DNA from: an uncultured delta proteobacterium
GTDB taxonomy: Bacteria; Myxococcota_A; Polyangia; Haliangiales; Haliangiaceae
Direction of reading: 5' to 3'
Assembly: GCA_963848295.1 (NCBI GenBank)
Contig: CAWKDB010000002.1
Span: 1,248,001 to 1,312,000, forward strand
Length of the DNA: 64,000 bases
Part shown: positions 1-11,618 of the stretch, piece by piece
Layout of the letters: every line of letters starts with the position of its first letter
Position numbering within the stretch: the first letter of the stretch is position 1
Position numbers and translations under genes: made by a program
The notes under the pieces: generated by a model
What the model was told of the DNA's origin: nothing
Seen by the model: only the letters and a program-made list of their open reading frames with translations
Databases searched by the model: none

Positions 1-486
1 GAGCTGGACGATCGCGTCCGACACCGACATCGGTTGCGCATGGAACTTCTCGGTCTTGACGACCTTGAAGTCGGGCTCGGCGCCCTCGCTCGCGACCCTC
101 GAGTGACCGTTCGTGGGCTTGCCGTCGATCTCGGCGAACGCCTCGTCGATGATCGAGTGTGACCACGGCAGCGCGACGACGTGGTGCGGGCGCGCGCGCA
201 TGCCCTCGAGCTTGCCCTTGTACTTGCGGACCTGGCGCTCGATCTTCGCGATGCAAAGGTCGATCGAGCTGTACATGTTCTCGGTGATCTCGCTGCCCGC
301 GATCGCCAAGCCGTTGTGGAGCTGGAAGCTCACGTCGATGCGGTGATGGTGACGTTCCGTGGAGAGTACGACGTGACACGCGATCGGATCTGGCAGGTAC
401 TTGCGCACTCGCTCCATGCGCTCTTTTGCGTACGACTTCAGTGCCTCGGTCGGTTCCATATGGCGGAACGTCACCGCGAATTGCAT
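1..486 (-). CDS. hpf: Ribosome hibernation promoting factor (long HPF / sigma-54 modulation protein); 3' end runs off the window
   Basis: Manual translation from ATG at 486: MQFAVTFRHMEPTEALKSYAKERMERVRKYL...ENMYSSIDLCIAKIERQVRKYKGKL. AGGAGG SD upstream. Lies downstream of rpoN, its usual context. Confidence 0.9.
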   Translation of the reverse strand, partial: MQFAVTFRHMEPTEALKSYAKERMERVRKYLPDPIACHVVLSTERHHHRIDVSFQLHNGLAIAGSEITENMYSSIDLCIAKIERQVRKYKGKLEGMRARPHHVVALPWSHSIIDEAFAEIDGKPTNGHSRVASEGAEPDFKVVKTEKFHAQPMSVSDAIVQL

Positions 487-593
487 CGAGTCCTCCTGGT
501 GGTTCGACTCGATTGTACCGCCGCCGCCGCCCCGAAGTGCCCTCGTTACGCGCCGTAGTTTCGACAGCGTGGCGAGTGTACTCGACTTCTCTG

Positions 594-1250
594 CTAGCGG
601 CCGAACACGAGGCCCATATCGAACATCACGCTGCGATCGATGCCGGTCGGTGGCGTCGGGTATGTACATGGGCCGCCGCACTGCGACGAGGTCGCGACGT
701 TGTCGCGCGACGCGAGCGTGAAGCGCATCCCGAAGGTCATGCCGCCGTGGCTGTCCCCGAAGTGCATGAGCTCCGTGCCGAAGCCAAGCGACAAGTCCGG
801 CCGCCACCACACGCCGCCGGCGTCCCATTGCCACGCCTCGACGCCCGGGCCGGCCTCGATGTAGAGATCGGCGAACAGGCCGTCGGGGGCGTCGTAGGCA
901 TGGCCGAACATCCAGCGCGCATTCGCGCCCAGGCGGTGCATCAGCCCGCGCCCATCGCCGGTCTCCGGCACGCCGCCGCGAGCGGCCAGCACCGGCTGCG
1001 CCGGCACCGGGTACACCACCGACATCAGGTCGTACTCGGCCGCGAGCAACCACCGGCCGTGCCGCGCGCCGACCATCGCATAGCCCGGCACGTCGATCCC
1101 GGTGTCTTTGCCATCGGCGAAGAACGAGCCGAGCCGCATGCCGAGCAGGCCTTCGAGCCGCCAGCGCGGACTCTCGACCGGATCATCGGCGTGCGCGCCC
1201 CCTGCGGCGGCGAGCACGAACAGCACGGCGAGCGAGCCTGACCTCATCAT
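594..1250 (-). CDS. Hypothetical exported protein, possibly a small outer-membrane beta-barrel
   Basis: Signal peptide (SLAVLFVLAAAGGAHA-D), alternating amphipathic strands, C-terminal FDMGLVFGR. ORF track 594..1286. Confidence 0.6.
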   Translation of the reverse strand: MMRSGSLAVLFVLAAAGGAHADDPVESPRWRLEGLLGMRLGSFFADGKDTGIDVPGYAMVGARHGRWLLAAEYDLMSVVYPVPAQPVLAARGGVPETGDGRGLMHRLGANARWMFGHAYDAPDGLFADLYIEAGPGVEAWQWDAGGVWWRPDLSLGFGTELMHFGDSHGGMTFGMRFTLASRDNVATSSQCGGPCTYPTPPTGIDRSVMFDMGLVFGR

Positions 1251-1345
1251 GTCCGTTCGGACGGCAGCTCGCGCCAGTCCGCGCATGAAGCGTTCGTTAG
1301 CGCGACCGCGCGAACCGGGGCAGACCGAAATCTCGGCTACGTCGC

Positions 1346-2839
1346 TTAGAAGACTTGCTTGCGCTTGCTCGAGCTCAGGATGCCGAGCTGCTCGCGATAC
1401 TTCGCGACCGTGCGGCGGGCGATGTCGATGCCGCCCTTCTTGAGCAGCTCGACGATCTTTTGATCGCTGTGCGGCCGCTTCGGATCCTCGGCAGTCACCA
1501 GCTCCTTGATCTTCGACTTCACCGCCTGCGACGCGAGGTCCTCGCCGTTGGTGCGCGAGATACCGCTGTTGAAGAAGAACTTCAGCTCGAAGATGCCCTG
1601 GGGCGTGTGGACGTACTTGCTCGTCGTCACGCGCGACACCGTCGACTCGTGCATGTCGATGTCTTCAGCGACGTCGCGCAAGATCAGCGGCTTGAGGTGT
1701 GCAATACCTTTGTCGAAGAACTCGCGCTGGAACTTCAGGATCGACTCGGCGACCTTGATGATCGTGCGCTGGCGTTGCTGGATCGACCGGATCAGCCACT
1801 GCGCCGACTTCAGCTTGTCCTGGACGTAGTCCTTGCTCGCCGCGCCGCCCGCCATCGCGTTCTTGTAGAACCCGCTGATCTTCAGCTTCGGGAGGCCGTC
1901 GTCGTTCGGCACGACGAAATACTTGTCGCCCACCTTGTGGATATAGACGTCGGGCGTGACGTAGTGCGGATCGTCGGTCGAGTATTGCCGGCCCGGCCGT
2001 GGATCGAAATCCATGATGACCTTCGCGGCCTCGTAGATCTCGTCGAGCGGCTGCTTCAGGTCGCGCGCGATCGCTTGATAGTTCTTCTTCTCGAGGTTGC
2101 CGAGGTGGCTGCGGATCATCTTCACGCACAGGTCGTCGTCCTGACCTGCGGCGATGCATTGGATCAACATGCACTCGGCGAGCGAGCGCGCGCCGATGCC
2201 CGTCGGATCGAAGCTCTGGATCTTTTCGAGCACCTGCTCGCACAGGACTGGATCGACGCCCATGTCCGCGGCCATCTCCTCGACCGGGGGATCCTTGAAG
2301 TAGCCGTCGGCGTCGATGTTGCCGATGATCGTCATCCCGATCTCGAGCTGCTCGGGCGGCAGGTCGGTCATCTTCAGCTGCCATGCGAGGTGATCGTGCA
2401 AGCTCGGCGGCTTGGTCAGCGTCGCTTCGAGCGACGGCAGCTCGTCGCCGTCCCCGCGGAACGCGGGCATCGGAGGGCCCATGCTGTAGTTGTCGAGATA
2501 GTTCTCCCAGTCGATCTCGGACACCGCCGCCGCGTCGCCCTTGATCTCGGACTGCGCGACCCCATCGACGACCGAGCCCTCGATCGGGGTTTCGGTCGCC
2601 CCTGCTCCCTCGAGCTGGTGGAGCTGTTGCTCCTCGCCACCCATCTCGTCGCGCTCGCGGCTGCGCTCGTTCTCGAGGTCCATCTCGTCGTCGAGAATGG
2701 GGTTGTCGAGCATCTCGTCATGCACGAGATCGGCCAATTCCATTCGGCTCAGCTGAAGCAGGCGGATCGCCTGTTGCAGCTGCGGTGTCATCACCAGCTG
2801 CTGCGACAGCTTCAGTTCCTGGCGCATCTCCATCGCCAT
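1346..2839 (-). CDS. rpoN: RNA polymerase sigma-54 factor
   Basis: Region I QQLVMTPQLQQAIRLLQLS, HTH HESTVSRVT, RpoN box ARRTVAKYRE. AAGGAG SD before ATG 2839. Confidence 0.97.
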   Translation of the reverse strand: MAMEMRQELKLSQQLVMTPQLQQAIRLLQLSRMELADLVHDEMLDNPILDDEMDLENERSRERDEMGGEEQQLHQLEGAGATETPIEGSVVDGVAQSEIKGDAAAVSEIDWENYLDNYSMGPPMPAFRGDGDELPSLEATLTKPPSLHDHLAWQLKMTDLPPEQLEIGMTIIGNIDADGYFKDPPVEEMAADMGVDPVLCEQVLEKIQSFDPTGIGARSLAECMLIQCIAAGQDDDLCVKMIRSHLGNLEKKNYQAIARDLKQPLDEIYEAAKVIMDFDPRPGRQYSTDDPHYVTPDVYIHKVGDKYFVVPNDDGLPKLKISGFYKNAMAGGAASKDYVQDKLKSAQWLIRSIQQRQRTIIKVAESILKFQREFFDKGIAHLKPLILRDVAEDIDMHESTVSRVTTSKYVHTPQGIFELKFFFNSGISRTNGEDLASQAVKSKIKELVTAEDPKRPHSDQKIVELLKKGGIDIARRTVAKYREQLGILSSSKRKQVF

Positions 2840-2999
2840 CGGAAACTCCTTTGGAAAATCAGGCCTTATCGAACCGACATGGGCGATGAAACATCGCTGG
2901 TACGTCGCTTGAAAGGAAGCCTGACACCAAAGCCCCAAGGTGTAAAGGGCCAATGGCCCGCGTCTTGCTGTAGGTCCGCGGGCGAGCGGTGCTGAGCCG

Positions 3000-4657
<1,658 letters not shown>

Positions 4658-4713
4658 CTACCCGATCGGGAACGGCAAACACAACCGGTTCTAAGATCCC
4701 GGTGGTTTTGCCG

Positions 4714-4812
4714 GAGAAATTGATCAACCAAGAACAGGCAACAGGCAACGGGCAATGGGAGATCCGGCATTGCCTGTTGCCTGTTGCCTGTTGATCAATT
4801 GATCAATTTCTC
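4714..4812. repeat. 99-bp imperfect palindrome containing heptamer (AACAGGC/GCCTGTT) tandem repeats
   Basis: Outer arms GAGAAATTGATCAA (4714-4727) and TTGATCAATTTCTC (4799-4812). Inner 25-bp arms 4733-4757 and 4768-4792 with one mismatch. Confidence 0.9.
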
Positions 4813-6335
4813 TAACCTAGTTGCCGGCGCCAGCCCGAGATCTCCGTCGAGGCCGCGCCGTTGCTGGCCGGCGCGACCGTCACGCGCGCCGCGGGACTCG
4901 ACGTACCCGCAGCGAGCGCCGCGGCGATCACCATCGCGTCGAGCTCGGCGGCATCGGCGCGTGGCTTGAGCGCGGCGGCGTGGCGCGCGATAAATCCGGT
5001 GTCGTAGTCGCCCTCGACGAACGACGCGTGGCGCACACAGCGGCGATGGAATGCCAAGTTTGTCGCGATGCCGCGCACCTGATACTCGTCGAGCGCGCGC
5101 CGCATCCGGGCGAGGGCCTTCGCGCGATCATCGCCCCACACGACGAGCTTCGAGATCATCGGATCGTAGAACACCGAGATCTCCGCGCCCTCGTAGCAGC
5201 CGCTGTCGTTGCGCACGTACGGCCCGTCGGGCACGCGCAGGTGCGTGATCGTGCCGGGCGATGGCAGGAACTTCACCGGATCCTCGGCGTAGATCCGGCA
5301 CTCCATCGCGTGGCCGCGGCGGCGCGCATCGAGCTGATCCTGCGTCATCGGCAGCGGGTGGCCCTCGGCGACCTCGAGCTGCCACGCGACGAGGTCGATG
5401 CCGTAGACCAGCTCGGTCACCGGATGCTCGACCTGCAGCCGGGTGTTCATCTCCAAGAAATAGAATCCGCCGCCGTCGCCAAGCAGGAACTCGCACGTGC
5501 CGGCACCGACGTAGTCGACCGCACGCGCCGCCGCGATCGCCGCTGCGCCCATGCGCGCGCGCAGCTCGGCAGGCACGACCGGCGATGGCGATTCTTCGAT
5601 GACCTTTTGATGGCGGCGTTGGATCGAGCAGTCGCGCTCGCCGAGGTGCACGAGGTGGCCGTGGCGATCGCCAAAGATCTGGATCTCGATGTGGCGCGGT
5701 CGCTCGATCGCCTTCTCGAGGTAGACCGTGCCATCGCCGAACGCCGCGGTCGCCTCACGCCGCGCGCCGTCGAAAGCAGCGGTGAATTCGCCCTCGGCGG
5801 CGACCAACCGCATGCCTTTGCCGCCGCCGCCGGCGGCCGCTTTGATAAGTACCGGAAAGCCGATCTTCTTCGCCGCCACCACCGCCTGGTCGGCGGTCGG
5901 AAAGCCATCGCCGGCCGGGCCGTTGTCTCCCGGTACGACCGGCGTGCCTGCGGCGGTCACCGTCTTGCGCGCTTCGGTCTTGCTGCCCATCTTTCGCATC
6001 GCGTCGGCCGACGGGCCGATAAACGTGATCCCGGCGGCGGTGCACGCCTCGGCGAAGTCCTCGTTCTCAGACAGAAAGCCGTAGCCGGGGTGAACCGCGT
6101 CGGCGCCCGCTTGCTTACATGCAGCGATGATCTTGTCGATCACGAGGTAGCTCTGTGCGGCAGGTGCCGGGCCGATCGCGATCGCGGCGTCGGCGAGCTG
6201 GACGTGGGGCGCGAGCCGGTCGGCGTCGCTGTAAACGGCGACGGTTTCGACGCCGCGTTCCTTGCATGTGCGCATGACGCGGACGGCGATCTCGCCTCGG
6301 TTGGCGACGAGCACGCGCTTGATCGGGCGAATCAT
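4812..6335 (-). CDS. accC: Acetyl/propionyl-CoA carboxylase biotin carboxylase subunit (no BCCP domain)
   Basis: RVLVANRGEIA, HPGYGFLSEN, GGGGKGMR, ERDCSIQRRHQK, EMNTRLQVEHPVTE, YDPMISKL. Confidence 0.92.
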   Translation of the reverse strand: MIRPIKRVLVANRGEIAVRVMRTCKERGVETVAVYSDADRLAPHVQLADAAIAIGPAPAAQSYLVIDKIIAACKQAGADAVHPGYGFLSENEDFAEACTAAGITFIGPSADAMRKMGSKTEARKTVTAAGTPVVPGDNGPAGDGFPTADQAVVAAKKIGFPVLIKAAAGGGGKGMRLVAAEGEFTAAFDGARREATAAFGDGTVYLEKAIERPRHIEIQIFGDRHGHLVHLGERDCSIQRRHQKVIEESPSPVVPAELRARMGAAAIAAARAVDYVGAGTCEFLLGDGGGFYFLEMNTRLQVEHPVTELVYGIDLVAWQLEVAEGHPLPMTQDQLDARRRGHAMECRIYAEDPVKFLPSPGTITHLRVPDGPYVRNDSGCYEGAEISVFYDPMISKLVVWGDDRAKALARMRRALDEYQVRGIATNLAFHRRCVRHASFVEGDYDTGFIARHAAALKPRADAAELDAMVIAAALAAGTSSPAARVTVAPASNGAASTEISGWRRQLG

Positions 6336-6462
6336 CGCGCGGCACATTACCAGTGGTTGGCGGGTAGCGCGTTGCATCAGGGGCGCCGGGGCCTTAGAAT
6401 CGAGGCGAATCGGCGTCTTGCGCTGCTTGAGGGAGCAGTGAAGGCGCCGCTGGGAGAACGCC

Positions 6463-8508
6463 TTGGTCGATCCAAATACCCGTCAGGGGAAACGCACGCC
6501 GGTCACGCTCAAGATCAAGTTCAAGAGCGAGACGCTGGAGCAGTTCATCGAACGCTATGCGGTCGATGTTAGCCAAGGCGGCATCTTCATCCGCACGAAA
6601 GAGCCGCTCGCGGTCGGCACGCAGATGAAGTTCGAGTTCCAGCTCAAGGATGCGTCGCCGTTGATCGCAGGCGAAGGCACGGTGGTGTGGACGCGCGAGA
6701 ACGATCCGAGCCGGCCGGCGATCGCGCCGGGGATGGGCGTGCGCTTCGATCGGCTCGCCGACGGCAGCCAGCCGGTGCTCGAGCGCATCCTCGCCGAGAA
6801 GGCGAAGCAAGCGCCGCAGCGGTCCCAGGCCGAGGCGACCAAGCCGCCGATGTTCACCGACACGCCGACGCGGGTCGCACCGATCCCGACCGATCCGCTC
6901 CAGCACAAGAGCGGGCCGACCCGCAAACGCTCGGACTCCGAGAAAACACCGTTGCCGCGGCCGATGCCGTTCCACTCCGACGCCGACGAGTTTCCCGAGG
7001 AGGCGTTCGAAGAGGCCACGAAGGTGCGAGCACTCGACGAGCTCGTCGCCGCCACGATGGATCCGGGCAACGAGACCGCGATCATGCCGCCGGACGAGCT
7101 CGCACAACGCCGCACGACGTCGGGCCGCGCAGACTCGACGCTCGCCGATCCGCCGACTGCCGTGACCGCGCCCGAACCGAGCGGCCGGACGCCGAGGATG
7201 CTCGACACCTCGCCGTCGCCGCGCACCGAAGCGGTGGGCCGCTCGGCGCCGACGGCATCGACCCCGCCGGACAATCAAGCGAAGACTCGACTCGGGATCG
7301 AACCGGCGAAGGCCGACACCAGTCGACCGATCGCGGTCGCGAAGGATCCGCCGTTCGCACGCAATCGCGAGAGCAAGGCGCCGCCGATCACGATCCCCGA
7401 GCCCGCGCCGCCGCCGGCGAAGCAGCCGAGCTCCGCGCCGATCGTCATCGGTATCCTGGTCGTCGTCGCGGGCGCGCTCGCCGCCGGCTGGTATTTCTTC
7501 CTGCGCGAGAACGTGGTCGACAATAACCGCGCGACGACCTCGGCCAACAACGGCTCCGCGATCGCGAATGGCAGCACCACCGGCTCGAACGCGATGACGC
7601 CGGACAACGGCTCGAACACCGCGAACGGCTCGAACACCGCGAACGGCTCGAACACCGCGAACGACTCGAACACCGCGAACGGCTCGAACACCGCGAACGG
7701 CTCGAACACCACGGTCGCCGATACCGGCAGCAACGGCTCCGCGGCACATCCGATGACTGGCTCGAATGCGGCGGTCCACCCGCCGACGGCGCCGATGGTC
7801 GACACCTCGATCACCGCGTCGGTCGACAAAGCCAAGATCACGATCAGCGGCGCGAACAAGAGCGGCGCGTCGCCGTTCACGGCGAAGCTCGAGAAGGGCA
7901 AGCAGTACATGGTCCGCGTCGAGGCGCCCGGCTACGTCGCGCTCGATCTCGACGTCACGGCCGGCGACAAGGCGACCGCCAAGCTCGTCGCGAAGCCGCA
8001 CGTCGTGACCGTGACGAGCACGCCGTCGGGCGCGACGATCTACATCGACGGTGTTCCGACCGGCAAGCAGACGCCGTCGGACGTCGAGCTGTCGAAGGCG
8101 CAGGCCGCCAGAGGCCACGTCAAGATCCAGTTCCGCAAGTCCGGTTATAGGCCGGTCGATCAGGTGCTCGCGGCGGCCGCGTTCACCGACGACGACACCA
8201 AGTCATCCGCGGCGGCCGATGCCAAGCTCGTGGTCGCGCCCGTGGTCGTGGTCCAGCATCCACCGACGACCGCCGGTAGCGGCGCGGGCTCGGGCTCGGG
8301 TTCGGCGACCGCGGTGACACCCGACGGCCAGGGCAGCGCCGCGACGCCGGACAAGGGTAGCGGGGCCGCGCCAGACAAAGACAAAGACAAAGACAAAGAC
8401 AAAGACAACAACGGTGGTGGCGCTGGCAGCGGCCCCGTGACGACCCCGAGCGGCGCTACGGCAGGCTCGGCGGCAGAGCCCGAGCCCGACTTCAACAAGC
8501 TGAAGTAG
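6463..8508 (+). CDS. TIGR02266/PilZ-like domain membrane protein with C-terminal PEGA domain(s)
   Basis: N-terminal RQGKR and DVSQGGIFIRT...PGMGVRF; Pro-rich linker; one TM helix (IVIGILVVVAGALAAGWYFF); PEGA-like VTSTPSGATIYIDG...TP. Confidence 0.85.
   Translation: MVDPNTRQGKRTPVTLKIKFKSETLEQFIERYAVDVSQGGIFIRTKEPLAVGTQMKFEFQLKDASPLIAGEGTVVWTRENDPSRPAIAPGMGVRFDRLADGSQPVLERILAEKAKQAPQRSQAEATKPPMFTDTPTRVAPIPTDPLQHKSGPTRKRSDSEKTPLPRPMPFHSDADEFPEEAFEEATKVRALDELVAATMDPGNETAIMPPDELAQRRTTSGRADSTLADPPTAVTAPEPSGRTPRMLDTSPSPRTEAVGRSAPTASTPPDNQAKTRLGIEPAKADTSRPIAVAKDPPFARNRESKAPPITIPEPAPPPAKQPSSAPIVIGILVVVAGALAAGWYFFLRENVVDNNRATTSANNGSAIANGSTTGSNAMTPDNGSNTANGSNTANGSNTANDSNTANGSNTANGSNTTVADTGSNGSAAHPMTGSNAAVHPPTAPMVDTSITASVDKAKITISGANKSGASPFTAKLEKGKQYMVRVEAPGYVALDLDVTAGDKATAKLVAKPHVVTVTSTPSGATIYIDGVPTGKQTPSDVELSKAQAARGHVKIQFRKSGYRPVDQVLAAAAFTDDDTKSSAAADAKLVVAPVVVVQHPPTTAGSGAGSGSGSATAVTPDGQGSAATPDKGSGAAPDKDKDKDKDKDNNGGGAGSGPVTTPSGATAGSAAEPEPDFNKLK
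7606..7713 (+). repeat. Six tandem 18-bp coding repeats (NGSNTA)
   Basis: AACGGCTCGAACACCGCG x6, two copies with a single substitution. Confidence 0.95.
8374..8408 (+). repeat. (GACAAA)n microsatellite encoding Asp-Lys repeats
   Basis: Five perfect GACAAA units plus a partial one, in frame. Confidence 0.9.
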
Positions 8509-8510
8509 CG

Positions 8511-9215
8511 CTACCGGGTCACCGCATAGGTCCCCGGCGCGGTCACGAGCGAATCGGGGAGCTGTGCCGCGAGCGCGGGTGCGATCGCCGGATGCTGCGC
8601 TGCCGATACGGTGATCGTGCCGTCGTCGTGCAGCTCGATCGGACGGTTCCAGTCGAACTCGCGCCAGCTCGCGGGCGTCCAGCTCGCGGTGCGAGGGTGG
8701 CACGCGGCGCGCCCGGCCACCGGCAGTGGCCGCGAGCACGTCGCATCGGCAACACCGCGCCGGCACACGACCTCGAGGCCGGTGCAGTAAAACCACTCGC
8801 GCTCGCCGGTTCGATGAAAGCCCGCTTGGATCGCGCGCAGCACGATCCACGAGCCGTGCTCGACGAGATCGACGACGACGTACGTGTCCTTTAGATTATC
8901 GTGCAGCACCCAGTCGGGATCGTCTCCGCCGTGGTAGAGGTCGCCCAGCACGCGATCGACCAGCCAGCCGTGCTCGGTCTGCAGCGCGACGAACGAGCTC
9001 TTGCGCGAGCCATCGCTGATCGTCAGCACCGCGGCATGGTCACTGCGCGGCCCGACCGTCAGCGTCTCGCCCGCGTACGAGCCGTCGTGTTGCAGATCAG
9101 ACACGAAGTCTGGGAACGAGCGGTACGGTCCGTCGAGCGCGACGCCGATCGAGGCCGGCGAATCGGCGCGGGCCGTGGCTGCCGCGATCGCGACCAAGCA
9201 GGTGACGCGCCACAT
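8511..9215 (-). CDS. Hypothetical secreted protein
   Basis: Signal peptide MWRVTCLVAIAAATARA-D; C-terminal part of ORF 8511..9836. Confidence 0.6.
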   Translation of the reverse strand: MWRVTCLVAIAAATARADSPASIGVALDGPYRSFPDFVSDLQHDGSYAGETLTVGPRSDHAAVLTISDGSRKSSFVALQTEHGWLVDRVLGDLYHGGDDPDWVLHDNLKDTYVVVDLVEHGSWIVLRAIQAGFHRTGEREWFYCTGLEVVCRRGVADATCSRPLPVAGRAACHPRTASWTPASWREFDWNRPIELHDDGTITVSAAQHPAIAPALAAQLPDSLVTAPGTYAVTR

Positions 9216-9247
9216 CCCACCGCTAACGGCCGCTCCGAGGACTTTAT

Positions 9248-10466
9248 TCACATCGCCTTCAGCCACTTCGCGGGGTCGCCGACTCGCGGGCGCTCGCCGC
9301 CGCGCACGAGGTAGCGCACCGCCGCGGCGAGCCCGTCGAGCGTCAGCTGCCACATCGGGAACACGCTCGCGATCACCTCGATCGTCGAACTCGCCCAGAA
9401 TCGATCCGGCTCCGGGTTGAGCCACGCCGCGCTGCGGAAGTGCGCCGCGAGCCGACGCAGCCACTCGATGCCGGACGCGCGATTTTGCGAGTACAGATAC
9501 ATCGAGCCGCCCGGATCGAGCAGCTCGGCCGGATGCATCAACGCGTCGCCGACGATCACGAGCTTCTCCTCGCGCGAGCTGTTCGACAACAAGTCGGCGA
9601 CCGGCACCGACCTGCGCAGCTGCGCGTCCTCGTACACCGCGTTGTAGACGCAGTTGTGAAAGTAGTAGCTGCGAAACTTCGCGAACCGGCCGGCGCGCGA
9701 CGCCGCGGTGAACAGCCGGCTGACGAGCTCGGCATGTGGATCCATCGAGCCGCCGACGTCCATCAGCAGCACGACCTTGACGCGATTGCGCCGCGGCGGC
9801 CGGAACACGATGTCGATCTCGCCGCCGTTCTTGCATGTCTTGTCGACGGTTTCGTCGAGGTCGAGCTCCTCGATCGCGCCTTCGCGGCCGAGCCGGCGCA
9901 AGCCGCGCAAGGCGACGTCGATCTGGCGGACGTCGAGCACGATGTCGCGGCGATACTCTCGAAACAGCCGCTGATCCGCGACCGCCATCGCGCTGCGGCC
10001 CCCGCCCGCGCCGACCCGCATCCCGGTCGGGTGCTTGCCGTTCGAGCCGAACGGCGACGTCCCGCCGGTGCCGATCCAGCGGTTGCCGCCGTCGTGACGC
10101 TCTTGCTGTTCCTTGAGCCGTTGCTCGAACAGCTCGCGCAGCTTATCGAAGTCGAGCTCGCGCAGCGCCGCGCGCTGCTCGGGCGTGAGCTGGTCGAGCG
10201 CGCGCGGATCGTTGAGCCAGCCGCGCAATTGTTCGGTCAGCTCGATCGCGGAGATGTGGATGTCTTTGAAGTACGCGAGGAACGCTTCGTCGTACGCGTC
10301 GTACAACGCGATGTCCTTGACGCAGATCGTGCGGCACAGTCGATAGAACCCATCGACCGAGCTGTCGTGCAAGCCCGAGCGCGAGCGCCTCCATCAGCGC
10401 CATCCACTCGTGGGTCGACACCGGGATCTTCCTCGCGCGCAGCTCGAACAGGAAGTCGATCAGCAC
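9248..10466 (-). CDS. VWA-domain (CoxE-like) protein, MoxR partner, with one apparent +1 frameshift (~10371)
   Basis: [10 protein letters not shown] start, [20 protein letters not shown]-like [25 protein letters not shown]. Confidence 0.88.
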
Positions 10467-10469
10467 GCG

Positions 10470-11298
10470 CTACGCCTTCGCTCGTTTCTGCAACAGCTCG
10501 ACGTCCGCTTCGGTCTTGAGCAGCGTGCCGAGGAACGGAATGCCGCCGCCGATCCGCGCGAGATCGACGCCGGACTTCTTGAGCGCGCTGATCCAATCGA
10601 TCAGCTCCGAGGTCGACGGCTTCTTGCGCAGCTTCGGCGTCGCGCGCAAGCCGAAGAACAGCTCGAGCGTCTGATCGAGCACGCGATCGCTGAGATCCGG
10701 ATGATGGACGCGCACGATCTCGGTCATCAGCGCGCGATCCGGGAACTGGATGTAGTGGAACACGCAACGCCGCAGGAACGCGTCGGGCAATTCCTTCTCG
10801 TTGTTCGACGTGATGACCACGATCGGCCGCTCGCGCGCGGCGATCTCGCGCCCGGTCTCGTCGATCTTGAACCGCATCGCGTCGAGCTCGAGCAGCAGAT
10901 CGTTGGGGAACTCGAGATCGGCTTTGTCGATCTCGTCGATCAGCAGCACGACGCGATGGTCGGCGGCGAGCGCCTCGCCGAGCGGGCCGAGCTTGATGTA
11001 GTGCGCGATGTCCTTCACGTCGCCGCCACCGAACCGCGAGTCGTGGAGCCGCGCGACCGTGTCGTAGAGGTAGAGGCCGTCCTTGGCCTTCGTCGTCGAC
11101 TTGACGTGCCAGCGCAGCAACGGCAACCCGAGCGAGGCCGCGAGGTTCTCCGCGAGCAGCGTCTTGCCGGTGCCGGGCTCGCCGCGGACGAGCAGCGGCC
11201 GAGCGAGCGCGACCGCGACGTTGACCGCATGCTCGCAGATCCTGCGACGCGATGTACGTGGCCGTGCCGGAGAACTGACTGAATTGCTCGTCGGACAT
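10470..11298 (-). CDS. MoxR-family AAA+ ATPase, with one apparent +1 frameshift (~11235)
   Basis: Walker A GEPGTGKT (manual translation), Walker B LLIDEIDKAD, FPNDLL, ITSNNEKELPDAFLRRC, KKPSTSELIDW. Confidence 0.9.
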
Positions 11299-11322
11299 CG
11301 TCCGCGAGCCTAGCAGAGCCGG

Positions 11323-11583
11323 CTACCGCCTGCGGCGGCCTTCGATATACGCATCGCCGATCGCGTAGAGGTGCGTGCCGAGATGGACGAGGCCGCAGAT
11401 ACCGCCGATGATCGGAAAGCCGCCGAGAAACGCCGCGCCGGTAGCGACCGCGACGACGAACACGCCGATCGCCTTGTCGGTCTCGCCGTTGATCAACTGG
11501 CCGACGCCGGGAATGACGGCGCTGGCCACTGCAGGCACGACCCCGCTGCCCCCGCTGCCACTCTTGACCAACTCGTTGCTCAT
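11323..11583 (-). CDS. Small hypothetical membrane protein (86 aa)
   Basis: MSNELVK...ASAVIPGVGQLINGETDKAIG; hydrophobic helices; a PGxGQ motif typical of small membrane proteins. Confidence 0.7.
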   Translation of the reverse strand: MSNELVKSGSGGSGVVPAVASAVIPGVGQLINGETDKAIGVFVVAVATGAAFLGGFPIIGGICGLVHLGTHLYAIGDAYIEGRRRR

Positions 11584-11618
11584 GACCTGACTATGACCGA
11601 TTCGGTACGGGCGCGCAC

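Noticed and set aside
7606..7713. Tandem repeats as a CRISPR array
   Set aside because: No spacers, in-frame 18-bp coding units, and no cas genes.
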